From Eledone cirrhosa (lineage: Eukaryota), in assembly GCA_964016885.1 (NCBI GenBank), contig OZ024740.1, positions 327,918,001 to 327,982,000 of the forward strand: a stretch of 64,000 nt of DNA. The letters run 5' to 3'. A program made the position numbers and the translations under genes. The notes under the pieces were generated by a model. The model searched no databases and was not told the DNA's origin. It saw only the letters and a list, made by a program, of their open reading frames with translations. Shown here in pieces: positions 14,923 to 28,196 of this stretch (position 1 is its first letter; each line of letters opens with the position of its first letter).

Positions 14923-16746
14923 GTAATACTTCCTCCCCCTTTTTTTTTTGTTCACTTTGTTTTGTCCTTTTTTTTTAACAATTTCCTTTTTAATAGCATG
15001 AGGTACATACCATATGTACTCAAATATAGGCTGAGGAATATATGACCCAAAAATCAATGGTAGAAGGGAGTTGGCTTATATTCAGGGTTTTCACCAACTT
15101 CAAATTCTATATAAATAAGGTTTAGATTTTTACCCATTTCTCAGACATAAAATAATGGGGTCGGCTTATATTCGTGTATATACGATAACTCTGAATTCAG
15201 ACACTTTAATAGATATTTCCAATTAAATTTTCAATGCTATATATCCTCCATATAAACAAAATGATCAAGTGAATAAAGTATTGGTGTTCAACTTGATCAA
15301 CTATGTCATTTCATCCTTATTTATGCTTGGTAAAAATAAAGGCCACTATTTAAAATCATTGAAGTATTTAAAACGTGTTAAACTTCATAGTTAGATGTAG
15401 GAGGCATGATGTTTATGCTTTTTACATGTTACATAGACACATAATTGATGTGAAAATATTCATAAAAGATCTTCTTCGCCCACTTATTCTTAAGAGCGTC
15501 GTGGGGACAGAGTCCTCAAACACGCCTTCCAGTGGGTCCTGTCAGAAGTAACTGTCTCCAACTGATCTAGCTGGATCCCCAAGTGAGATCAACCAAGTTC
15601 ATGGATGTTATCCAACCTAAAAGATATTGATATATAATTTACCATAAGCTATAGTAGTACAGTATAGCATTGGAATGGATGCCATATAGCTGAGTGGTTA
15701 AGAAGTTTGTTTTGCAATCATATGATTCCAGGTTCAATCCCATTGCATTGCATCTTGGGAAAGTGTTTTTACCATAGCATTGAGTCAACCCAAGTAATGT
15801 GAGTTAAATTGGTAGGTTTAGCCCTTTAATGTATTATGTTGGTCCTGCCTGAGAATTATATTAAGAGAACACATATCTGTGGAAGACTCAACCACTTACA
15901 TATTACATCTGTATAGTATATAGTAAATTTTCTGTTGCTTAAGTATTTCTGAAGCCTCCAGAAATTTATTTCAGATAGGAATCAGTGTTTGATCTTCATT
16001 GTCTTCTGAAGATCATTATCAGTTTGAATGAAAAGAATTAGAAATCAGTATTGACTGCTATCTTCAGCTAACCAAAATCTCATCGATAAAATAAAGTACC
16101 AGTAATACACTGGGATAATTGCTGGCCTTGTGCCAAAAGTAGAAACAATTATTACATTTCTAATGAAAAACACTGCCTATGATTTTCTAATAATTTTTAA
16201 AATAATGTTGAATTTGGAGAGATTTAGTAATGCAACTAACTTTCTCATAATTCAGTTGGTATTGGGAATATAACTTAACAAAGGTATTCATGAGTGAATA
16301 ATAATAATATTATAATATTATTAATATTTGGTTTGTTTACCAGTAAACAGCCTCATCAGAGTGAAAACAAATTTTGTTTAACTTAACAAAGGTTCTTATG
16401 TAAAATTACGATGAAAAGTGTTTAGATGAATATAGTTACCTTAAAATAATTTAGTATTATAGAAATAGGGGTGGTTTCAGATGGATTGGTATCAAGAGGT
16501 TTAATAACAAATATGAGATTAATTTCTTGGGATTTGCCAGCAAGCCAAATACTTAACATACTGCATGTTTTCATTTGTTTCTATAATCAGTTCTGTATGA
16601 CCTGGCATTGCCTACAACAGGACAACCCGTCTAACCCATGTTAGTGTGGAAGAATAGACGTAAAACGGTGATGATGATGATGATGATTTCTTTATCCTAC
16701 ATTCCATTACCCTTATTTTGAAGTCTGACATTATCTAATATTTCAG

Positions 16747-16941
16747 ATTGTTCTTGTCACCCACTTGGAGTGTATCCTGGAGGTGAGAAATGTGACCTGA
16801 ATTCCATAGATATATGTCAGTGCCAGGAAGGATATGCTGGTTTGTTTTGCCATCAGTGTAAACATCTGTTTTATGAAAAAGATGGGCACTGCATACCCTG
16901 CCCTTGCAAGTCAAAGTTGAAGAGTCTTTACTGTACTCTAG
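16747..16941 (+). CDS. Exon 3: laminin-type EGF repeat
   Basis: TTTCAG acceptor, TAG|GTAAGT donor, 195 nt; CSCHPLG..C..CQCQEGYAGLFCHQC..FY..CIPCPC. Confidence 0.93.
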
Positions 16942-16984
16942 GTAAGTTCATCTTTCTCTGTCATTCTCTTTCATAAATTCTAGG

Positions 16985-17320
16985 CGCGAGACATGGGTGA
17001 TGACCAGCAGAGAATGGCTGAAATGAGGATGGTGTGGTGGATGAGTGGAGTATTGTTGACAGGGAAAAGACAGTGAATTACAGAGAATGATGAGAATAGA
17101 GCCAGTGAAGAAAAAATAGAATGAGATGGTTGGGCCATGTGTTGCAGATGAATGAAAATGATTGTACAAAAGAAGTGATGGAAATGCATTTAAAAGGAAA
17201 TAGATAAAGGAGAAGACCAAACAAGACATGGCTGAAGACAATGGTGGAGGAAATAAAAGCAAGGGGTTAGTGAGAGGAATGTAGAGAATGAGGTAATATG
17301 TTCTGCAAGGGTTACCCCAG
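16985..17320 (+). mobile_element. Degenerate RTE LINE 3' fragment (intronic)
   Basis: AEMRMVWWMSGV..MRWLGHV..RRPNKTW remnants. Confidence 0.65.
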
Positions 17321-17394
17321 CTCTAGCAGGGGAAATGGTGTTGTTTTAATTTTGCTAAATAACTTTTATTTTCTATTTGAATCCATATCTTCAG

Positions 17395-17553
17395 TGGAGG
17401 ATGAACCTGTTTGCTGTTGTAAGAAAGGTTATACTGGTAAAGATTGCAGGACTTGTGATAACGGCTACTTCTTATATTATCAAACTTGTGCTCCGTGTAA
17501 TTGTAATGGCAATGTTGATCTCAACTCTCCTGAGATATGTAACCCCATTAGTG
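17395..17553 (+). CDS. Exon 4: laminin-type EGF repeats
   Basis: CTTCAG acceptor, GTG|GTAAGC donor, 159 nt; CCCKKGYTGKDCRTCDNGYF..CAPCNCNGNVD..ICNPISG. Confidence 0.93.
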
Positions 17554-18336
17554 GTAAGCCTTTTAAGTTTGTTGATGCTGTTACCAATACTTGTATTTAC
17601 TGTTATATAATCTTCTTCTGACTGTAGTCCCTTGTAGTTCTCCCTCTTATCCACCCTGTTTGAAATTTTATAGCGTACTCCAAGCCTCTATACAGCTTGG
17701 TTACAGATAATGGTGTGTGTTGGTTCTCTATCAGTTCTGACAATGAGTAAAATTAATATGCAAGTGACAGCATTCTATAGACATGTGTACCTTTAACATA
17801 GTTCTCAGGGAGATTCAGTGTGACACAGTATGTGACAAAAGTGATCCCTTTGAATCAGAGGTACAATTCTTTTTTGCTAGCTGAACGAACTGGAGAACAT
17901 AATGTGTCAGCAGGAATCAAACATGCACCTTTACATTTATTACCCAAACACCCTAACCACGAGGCCATATGTCTATATCTTGCACAAATCTGCAGTTAAA
18001 TTATCTGAAAAGGTTAAGAGAATTATTGCGAGACTTTTTAGTATTGGGTGAAATATAGTCTCAAAATATTTATTATTGCTGGAAATTATTTTATATAAGC
18101 CAGAACATTTAATACAGAGAAAAAAATTGTAAATAAGAGGGGAGCTTAGAAGTTTTGAACAGAACCTTTCTTCAAAGAAAATATATAGTAGAGAATCTGA
18201 CAAAAATTAATTAAAATATATAATGTGGAAAGAGATATAAGGTTAACAATGCAAAATGGGCTGTTAGATGAAGGTAACAAAAAGTAACTTACCTGGTAAT
18301 CTTTGTTTTGCTTTATTGTTGTTGCTGTTGTTTCTT

Positions 18337-18382
18337 TCGTCCTAATATTTCGGATCTTAAAATTCCCTTCTTCAGAGTATGA
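18337..18382 (-). ncRNA. Degenerate minimal hammerhead ribozyme motif (intronic, antisense to the host gene)
   Basis: Minus strand UCAUACU-CUGAAGA-AG-GGA..UCC-GAA-AUAU-U-AGGACGA; stem I has 2 mismatches and there are extra core bases. Confidence 0.4.
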
Positions 18383-18994
18383 GAAACTTTCAGAGAAAAA
18401 TGTTCGTTTCTTTTCTTTGGGAATAAATTTAGATTTAAATTTCTTAAACCATTCTCAAGTGTTGTTTGATGGTTACTTTGCTATTCACAAGAATGACATC
18501 AATTGTCAATGTAGTATTTCATGGAATCAATTTTCTTGAAATATGACAAGTGAAGTCATTGAGTGGGAATAGAAGGTTCACAGGAACAGGGGCCTCTGCA
18601 GCTATGAAGAATTTAATGATTTTATTTACCTGCCACATTTTAGATAATGGCTTCTAGCTGATGAAGGTTACTACTATTCAGATTGATTTGGAATCTGATT
18701 TTTAAAAAATATTATTATTTAGCAGAATTGTTAGAGCATTGGACAGAATGTTTTATGACATTTTGTAACAAATTTCTACATCCTTAGTTTTGAGTTCAAA
18801 TCCTGCTGATGTCAACTTTGCCTTTCATCCTTCTAGGGTCATTAAGATAAAGTACCAGTTATACAGGGGGGTTGATTTAACCAACTCCCCCCTCCCTTAA
18901 ATTCTGGCCTTGTGCCAATGTTACAAATCAATATTATTTTTATTATTATTTTAGTCAAATAGAAAGAAAATCTGTATCTCTTTATATTTCATAG

Positions 18995-19099
18995 GTGAAT
19001 GTAAGCATTGCCTCAACAACACAGCTGGCTTTACTTGTCACCGCTGTCTTCCTGGTTATAATGGTGATCCAATTAGATATAAAAGTTGCACATATGCAG
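18995..19099 (+). CDS. Exon 5: completes the last laminin-type EGF repeat (absent from the ORF track)
   Basis: TTCATAG acceptor, CAG|GTAAAT donor, 105 nt; my translation: GECKHCLNNTAGFTCHRCLPGYNGDPIRYKSCTYA. Confidence 0.93.
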
Positions 19100-19850
19100 G
19101 TAAATTATTTTTATTCATTATTTTACTTTTCTAGCACTATAATGTGAAGATAACAAAACTTTATGGTTTAAAAGAAACATTCATTTAAAAACTTTAAAGC
19201 ATAATCATTTATATCCACTTGGTCAGATTATTAATCTGCATATTGTAAATTTAAAAAAAGGCTTCTTTTTTATCTTAGAATTGCCTGAATTTTTTAAAAA
19301 GTAAGATGCAGATCCCTGGCATGCCTAGGAGATCAGTGGCTTTGCTAGAGTACTGATTTGGTCTATGTAAACCCATCCAACCCTTGCTATCAGGGAAAGC
19401 AGATGTTAAAACAACAATGATAGATGCAGTGTATTGCAGATGATCAAGATGTTAGTAATATGGCTTGGCATGATGTCTTAAACTAGATGACGACCAGCAC
19501 AAAATGGAAGCAGTCAGTCAAGTCTTGTTATTTGGTTATCTGTTGATGGAAAACGGTGAGACATCAAGAGTTATTATATGTATGCCTTGAACACAAAAGT
19601 TAAAAATAGTTGTAACAAGAGCCATGCCACAGTTAAGGGTGTGAGGGAGTTTTTGCATAGTTGCTCAATCTGTTACTATGGCAACCAAATCTCTCCCAAC
19701 ATACTTTTTTACCATCTTTAAAAATACTTGTCTAAATGGATTGTCTCTAGTAAGGCTGATATAATCAATTCAACAACAATAGCCTAACAGTTTGTGTTTA
19801 CCTTTGGGATTGCCTTGTTGAAGATTACCAACTATTGTACAAAAACTGTT

Positions 19851-19913
19851 CATATTTAAACCCTCCATTGTATTTAAACCTTCCATTGTATTTAAACCCT
19901 CCATCGTATTTAA
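19851..19913. repeat. 18-bp tandem repeat, ~3.5 copies
   Basis: TATTTAAACCCTCCATTG units. Confidence 0.85.
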
Positions 19914-20069
19914 GCTGAAAGACCTTCCTAACACCAACCATGTTACAGAGTATATTGGGTGCATTTGTTATCATGGCACCAACACTAAAGCGTTTGTCAG
20001 TCATTGACTTGACTGAAGAGCCCTCCGTACCCTATGTAAGATGGGGATGGGGAAGGTTGTGTAGGGGTA

Positions 20070-20460
20070 CTACAATGATGGACCATACTTGCTGCATTTC
20101 TGTCTAGCTTTCTCAGGTCCTTTGCAGTCAAGGCCCATATCTCACTGCCATGTAACATTGCAGTTTGCACACAGACATCATACAGTCTACCCTTCACTCT
20201 GAGAAAGAAGCCCTTTGTTGTTAGAAGTACTAGCTATCTTTGAGTCTGTTCTTATTCAGGCTATCACACTTTCAGAGTATCCTCTTCCACTGTTGATTAG
20301 GTAAACTAGAGAACAAAAGCTGTTAATAATTTCTAGGGAGCTTCAGTGACAACTGAGGAAATCTGTTTCATGTGTGCTCTTTGTGTTTACTTCTGTACAT
20401 GTGCTGCATATAAAATATACCTTCTCCATTAACCTGCCTGTAATTCCACCCCATCTGTAA
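20070..20460 (-). mobile_element. RTE LINE fragment
   Basis: ORF 19997-20197: KGRLYDVCVQTAMLHGSEIWAL. Confidence 0.8.
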
Positions 20461-20609
20461 TCTGAGTTATAAATATTATTCTCTGGTTAATATAGTTGCT
20501 AAATTTTACAATCTTTAATATAAAACAGAAAAAAAATAACTGCAAGTATTCTTCTTTTTTTACATTGATATTTCCCTGACAATAGAATCTTTGATATCTT
20601 ATTTTTCAG

Positions 20610-20914
20610 GGTTAATCAAAGCAAAACCCATTGCTCCTATGAAAACAAGCAAATTAAGTGGAGGTTTGATCTTTGCTATTTCTCTTGTCTGTTTCTTGTT
20701 AGTTCTACTCACTGTTTGCTTATATTACCATCGTGTTTGTTTCAAAATCAAATCACGCAGAAGTCAACCGAAGGATGATCAAGCTGGTGTCAAATTTAGT
20801 GATATGAACAACCAAGAGTTTGATGAAAGTAACAACGCTGCTTACTCTAGTGGTTTCCGCATGCCAGGCCAACAAAGAGGCATGCCCTATTCCCCACTGA
20901 AAGAGTGTGTGTGA
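20610..20914 (+). CDS. Terminal exon 6: TM helix and cytoplasmic tail
   Basis: TTTTTCAG acceptor in phase 1; GLIFAISLVCFLLVLLTVCLYY followed by basic residues; ends YSPLKECV-TGA. Confidence 0.9.
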
Positions 20915-21177
20915 CAGTCATATCTAATATTAGCATTTGTTACTTTTATACTCTCTGATATCTGTGCTCTTACCCAATGTCACCTGTTCATTGTCAATCA
21001 GTGGACAAGTAAAATTCTGCAGGACATTTCAAAAGTTCAGTATCTGAACTTAGTTATACCCTTCTCTCATACACACACATAATTCAGACATAGATACATG
21101 CATACATACAAGCATTAATACTTGTCATTAGGGCCATGCAAAGGGAATGCCTAAATAATTAAGGACTAACTTTACAT

Positions 21178-21226
<49 letters not shown>

Positions 21227-21233
21227 CACACAC

Positions 21234-21291
<58 letters not shown>

Positions 21292-21627
21292 GATTTATTA
21301 CATATATCATTGATCCTGTTAAGTTCCTTTATGTCCATAGCTTCAAATATTGAGCCTGCTATTGAACCTTCATGTGCTTTTCCATTCAAATACTTTCTAT
21401 CTCAGTCAATTAATTTTACTGTTCACTTGGGAAGGTAATATCAGTTCTTGTTCCAGTTTTTTTTATTCACATATGTGTATAGTCCAGTGGAAAAACCTGA
21501 TGGGTTTTAAATGAATGCAATATTGGCAAATATTGGATATTAGCAACCTTTATTGTTTAACTGTCCAGAACAATATGTGCCATTTATAAATTTTTAAGTA
21601 AAAATAATTAACTGTTCATTTAGTTTT

Positions 21628-21632
<5 letters not shown>

Positions 21633-21659
<27 letters not shown>

Positions 21660-23720
21660 GTCCTTTGACTTCTATAGTCGTGTGTGGGGATCCAAATGCA
21701 GAAGCAGCATTCAAAATAGTCTATCTATGGCGGTTGTCAACAAATCTGGTGTTGTCATGTGCATCCATTCTTTGACATTGTCCAACCAGTTTTTATGTTG
21801 GCATCTCCTCCTGCATCCACCTTTAATGGTGCCTTGCATGATGGTCTTGCACAGGTTTTCATGTCATGTGACATGGCGAAACCACACCAGTTTCCTCCTT
21901 GACAGTGGCAAGGAGAGGTTCCTGGTGACCCATAAAACTTTCAACCTTTCTCTGCACTTATTCATTAGTTTTACAATCCCAATAGGAAATACGAAGGAGT
22001 TTTCTCATGCATTTGTCCTCAAACGCCTGGATCCTTCTCTCTGTTTCTGCCAAAAGTGTCCAGGTTTCACACCTATGTAGGAGGATGGAGACTACCAGCA
22101 ATTTGTACAATCTGTACTTGATCTGAAAACTGATGTTGCTCTTCCATATTCTTGCTAATTTGGCCATTACCGCCATAGCTGTGGCAATCTGTGTGCAGAT
22201 TTCTGCATTACAGGTACCATCTTTTGACAAAACTGTTCCCAAGTATTTGAAACTGGACACTTCCTCCAATAAATGTCCGTTCATGGTGTTGTTGACACAA
22301 GTGCTACTTGTGCTATTCACCATTACTTTGAATTTCTCAGAACTGACCTCCATTCTATATGCTCCTGCTCTTTCAACAAGTTTGTTGGTCAAGTCTTGGA
22401 GCTTGTTGTTACTGCCTGCTATGAGGTCAATGTCGTTCGCAAAACATAGGTTACAGATGGATCTACCACCCACAGTGATTGAGGTATCATGGTCGTCGTT
22501 GAGGGTTTCTTGCATGATTCACTCTAAAAACAGGTTGACCAATGTGAGTGAACGTACACACCCCTGTCTCACACCAACAGATGTCCGAAAGAAGTTTCCC
22601 ACATGTTTTCCTAAAAGAACTGTGCTGGGGGCATCTTTCTAAAGGGCCTGCTTGACTTGGATAATTCCATTTTCTACATTGAATTCCCTGAAGATATCCC
22701 AAAGACTGTCATGCCATATACGATCAAACACTTTCTTGAAATCGATGAAGTTGTGGAACACGTCCTTCTGGTGTTGCAGGTGCTTCTCTATGAGGATCCT
22801 ACAATTGTACATCATCCGGCTCTAAAACATGCTTGCTCTTCTGACAATTCTTCAGCCTTGGATTTCAGACGGTTCAAGATGATGTGGAGTAGGATCTTAC
22901 TAGGATGACTGATCAGGCTTATTGTCCTATAATTTTGACACTGCCTGAGACTTCCCTTCTTTGGGAGGGATATTATCATTCATTGACTTAGTCCACTTGT
23001 TAGGCCACTTTTTTGTTCCCAAATCTGCTGGCATAGTGCTTTTAGGGCTTTGATTGTTTCACCTCCACTATTTATCAGGTCAGAGCAGATATTGTCCACT
23101 CTGGGTGACTTGCCAGGTTTCAAACGCCTTACTGCTGCTTCAACCTCCTTCTTCAGTATTGACAGGCTGGCCTCGACTTCTATGGAGTGTTGGTCAATTT
23201 GCAGTATGGGGGACCTGGGTGAAGCTGTACAACCCATCACCGTATTGAGTTCATCTATGGAGGACCCCTTCACTGTCCGTCAGCAGCTTACTACTCTTGT
23301 CCTCTATGACCGTTGCCCTCAACTGGCTGGACTTAGTGAGGGATTTAAGAGTATTGTAGGCCTGTTTGCTATTGCCAGTATGCATATCCTTCTCAATAGC
23401 TTTGCATTGATTCTGTATCCACTCCTCTTTATCTGCCTGCATTTTTTCCGTAGTTCATCGTGCACTTCCTGATATTGTGCATAGGCTTTGGAACTTGTGT
23501 GTTTATTTCCCTTTAGTTCTCTCCTCATAAATCCAAGACTTCGTTTGTGATCCACGGTTGGAGTTTCCTTCATCATTTGCCCAAAGCTTCTTCAGCTGTT
23601 GTGAGTAACACTTCTTTGATGCGATCTGCAAAAGTGTCTACATCACTGTTAAGTAGGTTGCAGGCTGTAAACTTTTAGTATTTTAGTTTTTCAAGATCAT
23701 GATCGCTGGCCTTGAGTTCT
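21633..23720 (-). mobile_element. 5'-truncated, decayed RTE-clade LINE (RT region)
   Basis: KSPRVDNI, NLCFANDIDL (FADD), FKYLG and LLHRCETW in frameshifted ORFs; (CAT)n tail at 21633-21659. Confidence 0.92.
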
Positions 23721-23799
23721 CTTTGTTAATGTTTTGAAAATAGTGTCATCCAAATGTTTCATACACACATGAAAGTTGTGTATTGCTTGTTGTATCTTG

Positions 23800-24200
23800 T
23801 CTTAAGGTAATGTTATAATTTCCTTGTGAATAACAGCTTTCAATTCATTCAGTTAACATTTTTCCTATGAGGAAAATAAAAGCCTCAAAGGAAAAAAAAT
23901 AACAAACCAAAAGGTCAATTGATTGAGCAGACTAGGACATGTCACCATGCTGGGAAATGACATGGCCAATGAATATTTCCTTAACATCCCTGGAAGCTGT
24001 TGTCTTGCTAGAACCATATTCACTGTTACTGCATGGCTACTCCCTTCAAAGAAATGTGGGCCTATTAAACCAAAGTTTGTTACACCACACAAATTATCAT
24101 ACACTCGTGAAGTTGTGGATTGCTTGTGTCTGACCAATAGTGGAAATCTTATTTATATAACCAGACAGATGGAAATGTTCTTCAGCACTCCTGAGAATAA
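23800..24200 (-). mobile_element. Tc1/mariner (IS630 family) transposase remnant
   Basis: LCGVTNFGLIGPHFFEG..VTVN and a degenerate ISQHGDM/W..SPDL..FF.W motif. Confidence 0.65.
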
Positions 24201-26289
24201 CCAGGTTATCTGTCTACATTGTGATCATGCCTTCTACAAATGTTATATAGCTTTTTCAGTCATATTGATTTATTTCTTGCCCTATCATAATCTTACAAGT
24301 ATGAACATTTAAAATCAAGTTGTAATATCCTTTGCAAATTATGATCTGAAATGTTCAGTGTTGATAGCTAACATTGAAATGCTATTGAAAATTTCACTGA
24401 GTTTCAGTCAACAAATAACCTTTAAAACAAACATCAAAATCATAAAAGCTTTATGATGTGCATTCCAGTTTTATTGCTATTGAAATGGCATCCTGTGTGC
24501 TGCTTAATATGTTTGAGCACCCTTCCCCTAAACTTCAGATTTCTCTACTGGATTGTATCATCATCATCGTTTTTACGTCTGCTTTTCCACGCTTGCATAT
24601 ATTTATATATTTATACACACACACACATACATTCACCATCATCATTATCTTTACATGTTCTTTTTCCATGCTAGCACAGGTTGGGTAAGTTATCACACAC
24701 AGTCAGGAAACAATCAAATAGGTTGGGGCTGCATTTTACTTACATACATTCCTACACTTTACAGAGCATACTGAGGGCATTTTATCATGGCACAAACATG
24801 AGGGAAGTTGCCATGCCCTTGACACAAATTAAGAGTCATCTCAAATTAATGTTTAGCAGGTTCTAGGGCTAGATGCTCTTCCTAACATCAACTACTTTAC
24901 CTATTGTACGATGTTCATTTTTCATGGCACCAGCACTAGAGAGGTAGTCATGTCTGTAATTTGGCTGAAGAGTCCTCTCAAATCTTTTGGCATAATTTCT
25001 ATGGTGAGATGCCCTTCCTAACACCAATCACTTTACATAGTCTACTTGGTGCAATTTATCATGGCACCAACACTAGGGAGGTTGTATTTTATCAACTCGA
25101 CTAAGGAGCCTTTGTCCTAAGATATCGTGTGTAGAGAGTAAGAACAGATAAGGATGACAAGTATGAAGTCATGAGTGTAAGACAATAGATGGGGAGATAT
25201 GGAAGGTTGACAAGTATGATATACATATATGTACACACACATACCTATATATATATATATATGTGTGTGTGTATATATATATTATTTACACACTCAGATG
25301 TATTTGGGGAACAGCTTTTCTTTTGGACGTCTTGTAATAAAGACTTGACTATGTTCTATTTTTCACTTTCTTATAAGGATTTTTTTCATATTTCTTTATA
25401 CATCCCTTGCAACTTATTTTGAATATATGATAACTGCGTGATTGTGTTCAAAGATGGGTATCATAATTGTTTTCAATAGTGGCTTTTTAACATTGCTAGG
25501 CTTATACATATCTTTTGACAAATCTCATAAATATAGTGCTATATGCTGAGTCGAAGAGGCAGAAATATAATTCAGCTGCATAGGTGGCAAACAAAAGCTT
25601 GAAAGATGTTCAAAGTTGCTCTATGCTTTTGCTGTTGGTTGTTTTTCTGGGATATATATGTGTGGGTACCAATCTTTCAGGCATCTCTTCAATTTGCAGT
25701 ATTTTGTAAGGCATAGACTGCCAGTAGGAAGGACTGAAAATCTATCAGTGGATTAAAAAGACAATGATATAAGAATACACCTCTGTATACAAATGTGCTT
25801 GGAAGGTCTGCCAAAATTTGGAGGAGTGTGTGTGGAAGCCACAGTTGAAAACAATTCTTTTCAATAATCAGTGTTGGTCTTCTTCAGACAAAAGTGGACA
25901 GCCACCATATATTTATATATGTGTGTATGTATGTATGCATATATACTGTCGCTTGTGCACTAGAGCCAGTTGTATCGATCTTAAAATACTGAAACAGTGT
26001 ATCTCTAGTGATCGACTGATGAGATGGGACTTACTGTTTTTCGTTTGTTTTCACCCCTATATATACATAAGGCAGAGCAGCTCACTTCAATCATATTATG
26101 GCTAAAGCACAGCTATAACTCTTTGAAAATTTAATTTTGGAGAAATATCTTCAATTTAGAGATTATATTTTTATTGTTCTAATAAAGATGTACGATATTT
26201 GTCCAAGATGTCTACATTTTGAGTGTTCTTCACTCATTATCAGGGCTTGATTTAAATATTTATATGTAATATTTATATGTATATATATG

Positions 26290-26620
26290 GAGGCACATGG
26301 CTTAGGGGTTAGAGCATTGGCCTTGCAATCGAAAGGTTGTGAGTTCAATTCTGAGACCGGGTGATGTGTTGTTTCCTTGAGCAAGACACTTTATTTCACA
26401 TTGCTCCAGTTTACTCAGCTGTAGAAATGAGATGATAGGGACTGGGGTCCTTATCAGTCCACTGCAAAGTGGTCGTGGAGGTGCCACGGAAAAAAAAGCA
26501 CCCGGCACTCACTGTAAATGAGGTTGGTGTTAGGAAGGGCATCCAGCTGTAGAAATCAAGCCAGCATCAGTTCCTGTCCCACCCTTGCAAGCAGGGAAAA
26601 AGCGAACGTAAAATGAAATG
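26290..26620 (+). mobile_element. tRNA-derived SINE
   Basis: A box TGGCTTAGGGG, B box GAGTTCAATTC; body carries the GGTGTTAGGAAGGGCATCCAGCTGTAGAAA motif shared with LINE tails. Confidence 0.75.
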
Positions 26621-28098
26621 AAAAAAATGTCTTTTGTATGTTATCTTCATTGGAACTCATCTCTGCCATTACTTTTCATGGTTTTTATGCTTGACAAATA
26701 AATGTCAATTTATGCATAAGACTACTGTTTCTTCTTTTTACTCACAATGTACCTGTATTTTATCTATAATTTTCATAGCAAAAACACAAGTATAACTATT
26801 ATGTATTATTTTCTAATGACTTCTTATCTAGAATTTCATTCTATATATTTTTGAGAAATGTTTATATGGTATCCCACTTTATACAGATTTCATCAACGTT
26901 GGATATTTTAGCAACATTACCAACTGATGTAGGGGTGAAAGCATTCATAGCAAGACTTGTATATGTTTATTATACATAAACATATTGTATATGCCTCCAT
27001 ATACACCTCTATTATATATATATATCTATATATAGGAGAGAATACATGAAAAGAACATGCTTTTTCATTACAGGGTATTTTTACCATCAGAGTGAGAGAC
27101 AAATAAACTGCGAAAGGTACAGAAAAAATATAATCAAACAGATTAATAAAATGCAAAACGTACCTCCATAACTATGACACCTGTACAGTCCCATGGTGGG
27201 ATTGTTTCACTAAGCCACAAGAATCACATTATCCATAGATCAGCAGGTGTTTCAGAAAATAAGTCTTGGAACAATGCAGGTCCTTTACTCCATTGCTTCA
27301 TTTGATATACATATATATATATATATCACCTCACTGTAAAAAAACAATGCCAAAAGAGTTGAGAGGACCCTTCTATTGTGTAAACGGTGCAACAACCTCT
27401 CTAGTATTGGTGACCTACACAAATGCACCCAGTACACACTAAAGTGCTTCTAGCTGTAGAAAGTTTGCCAAAAAAAGGGTTGGAAGGACCCTAGTCCCGT
27501 GATGAAATAGTTACCACATCTACTCACAATAGATTTCTACACACTACAAACTTAAATATAAGAGTTCATTTGGCAGTTGTAGGATTTTGTTTGACAAAAC
27601 ATAAACATTGTCATATCATGTTTAGTAGTTTGCTTTCAATATGGTAATTCAGACTTCTATGATATATTTCCTTAATTGTTTGGTAATAAATTAATCTTCT
27701 AGGTTCAAGTTAAGCACTGAACTATTTAACTGGCTCAGTATGCAAAGCATAAGTGAAACATTTATTTTTCTCATTGTGTCAATCTAACAATTTGTAGACA
27801 TTCATTTTGGTTTTCTTAAATGCCAAGAATTACCAAAAATCTATTTTTTTTCATCCTATGTATTTGAGATGTTTGGGGTAGCTTGGTTGGTTACTGATAA
27901 GATTCTTATTGTTGGAGACTCGCCTTACTGATGTATCAGGTGTTGCCTGCAAGAGTGCTTGATTATTCCAGCACCTTAGCCTCACTATCACCTATGGCAA
28001 TGAAGCGAGTGTGTTGGCTTGCCTCAAAAATATTAGAAGGAAACTCCAGCACCCCCTTTTCATGATGTGTAATTGAGTGTACAAGTCTTCCCTCCTGC

Positions 28099-28196
28099 GT
28101 TTTGTGTCTTTTTGGGCCAAATTTCACAGTGTCTTGCTATGAACTGAGTTTTGTGTCTTTTTTGGCCAAATCTCAGTGTCTTGATATGAATTGAGT
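28099..28196. repeat. ~49-bp tandem duplication
   Basis: GTTTTGTGTCTTTTTGG..CAGTGTCTTG.TATGAA.TGAG occurs twice. Confidence 0.85.

Noticed and set aside
16320-16370. Minus-strand CUGAUGA followed by a hairpin
   Set aside because: No GAAA core and no stem I partner
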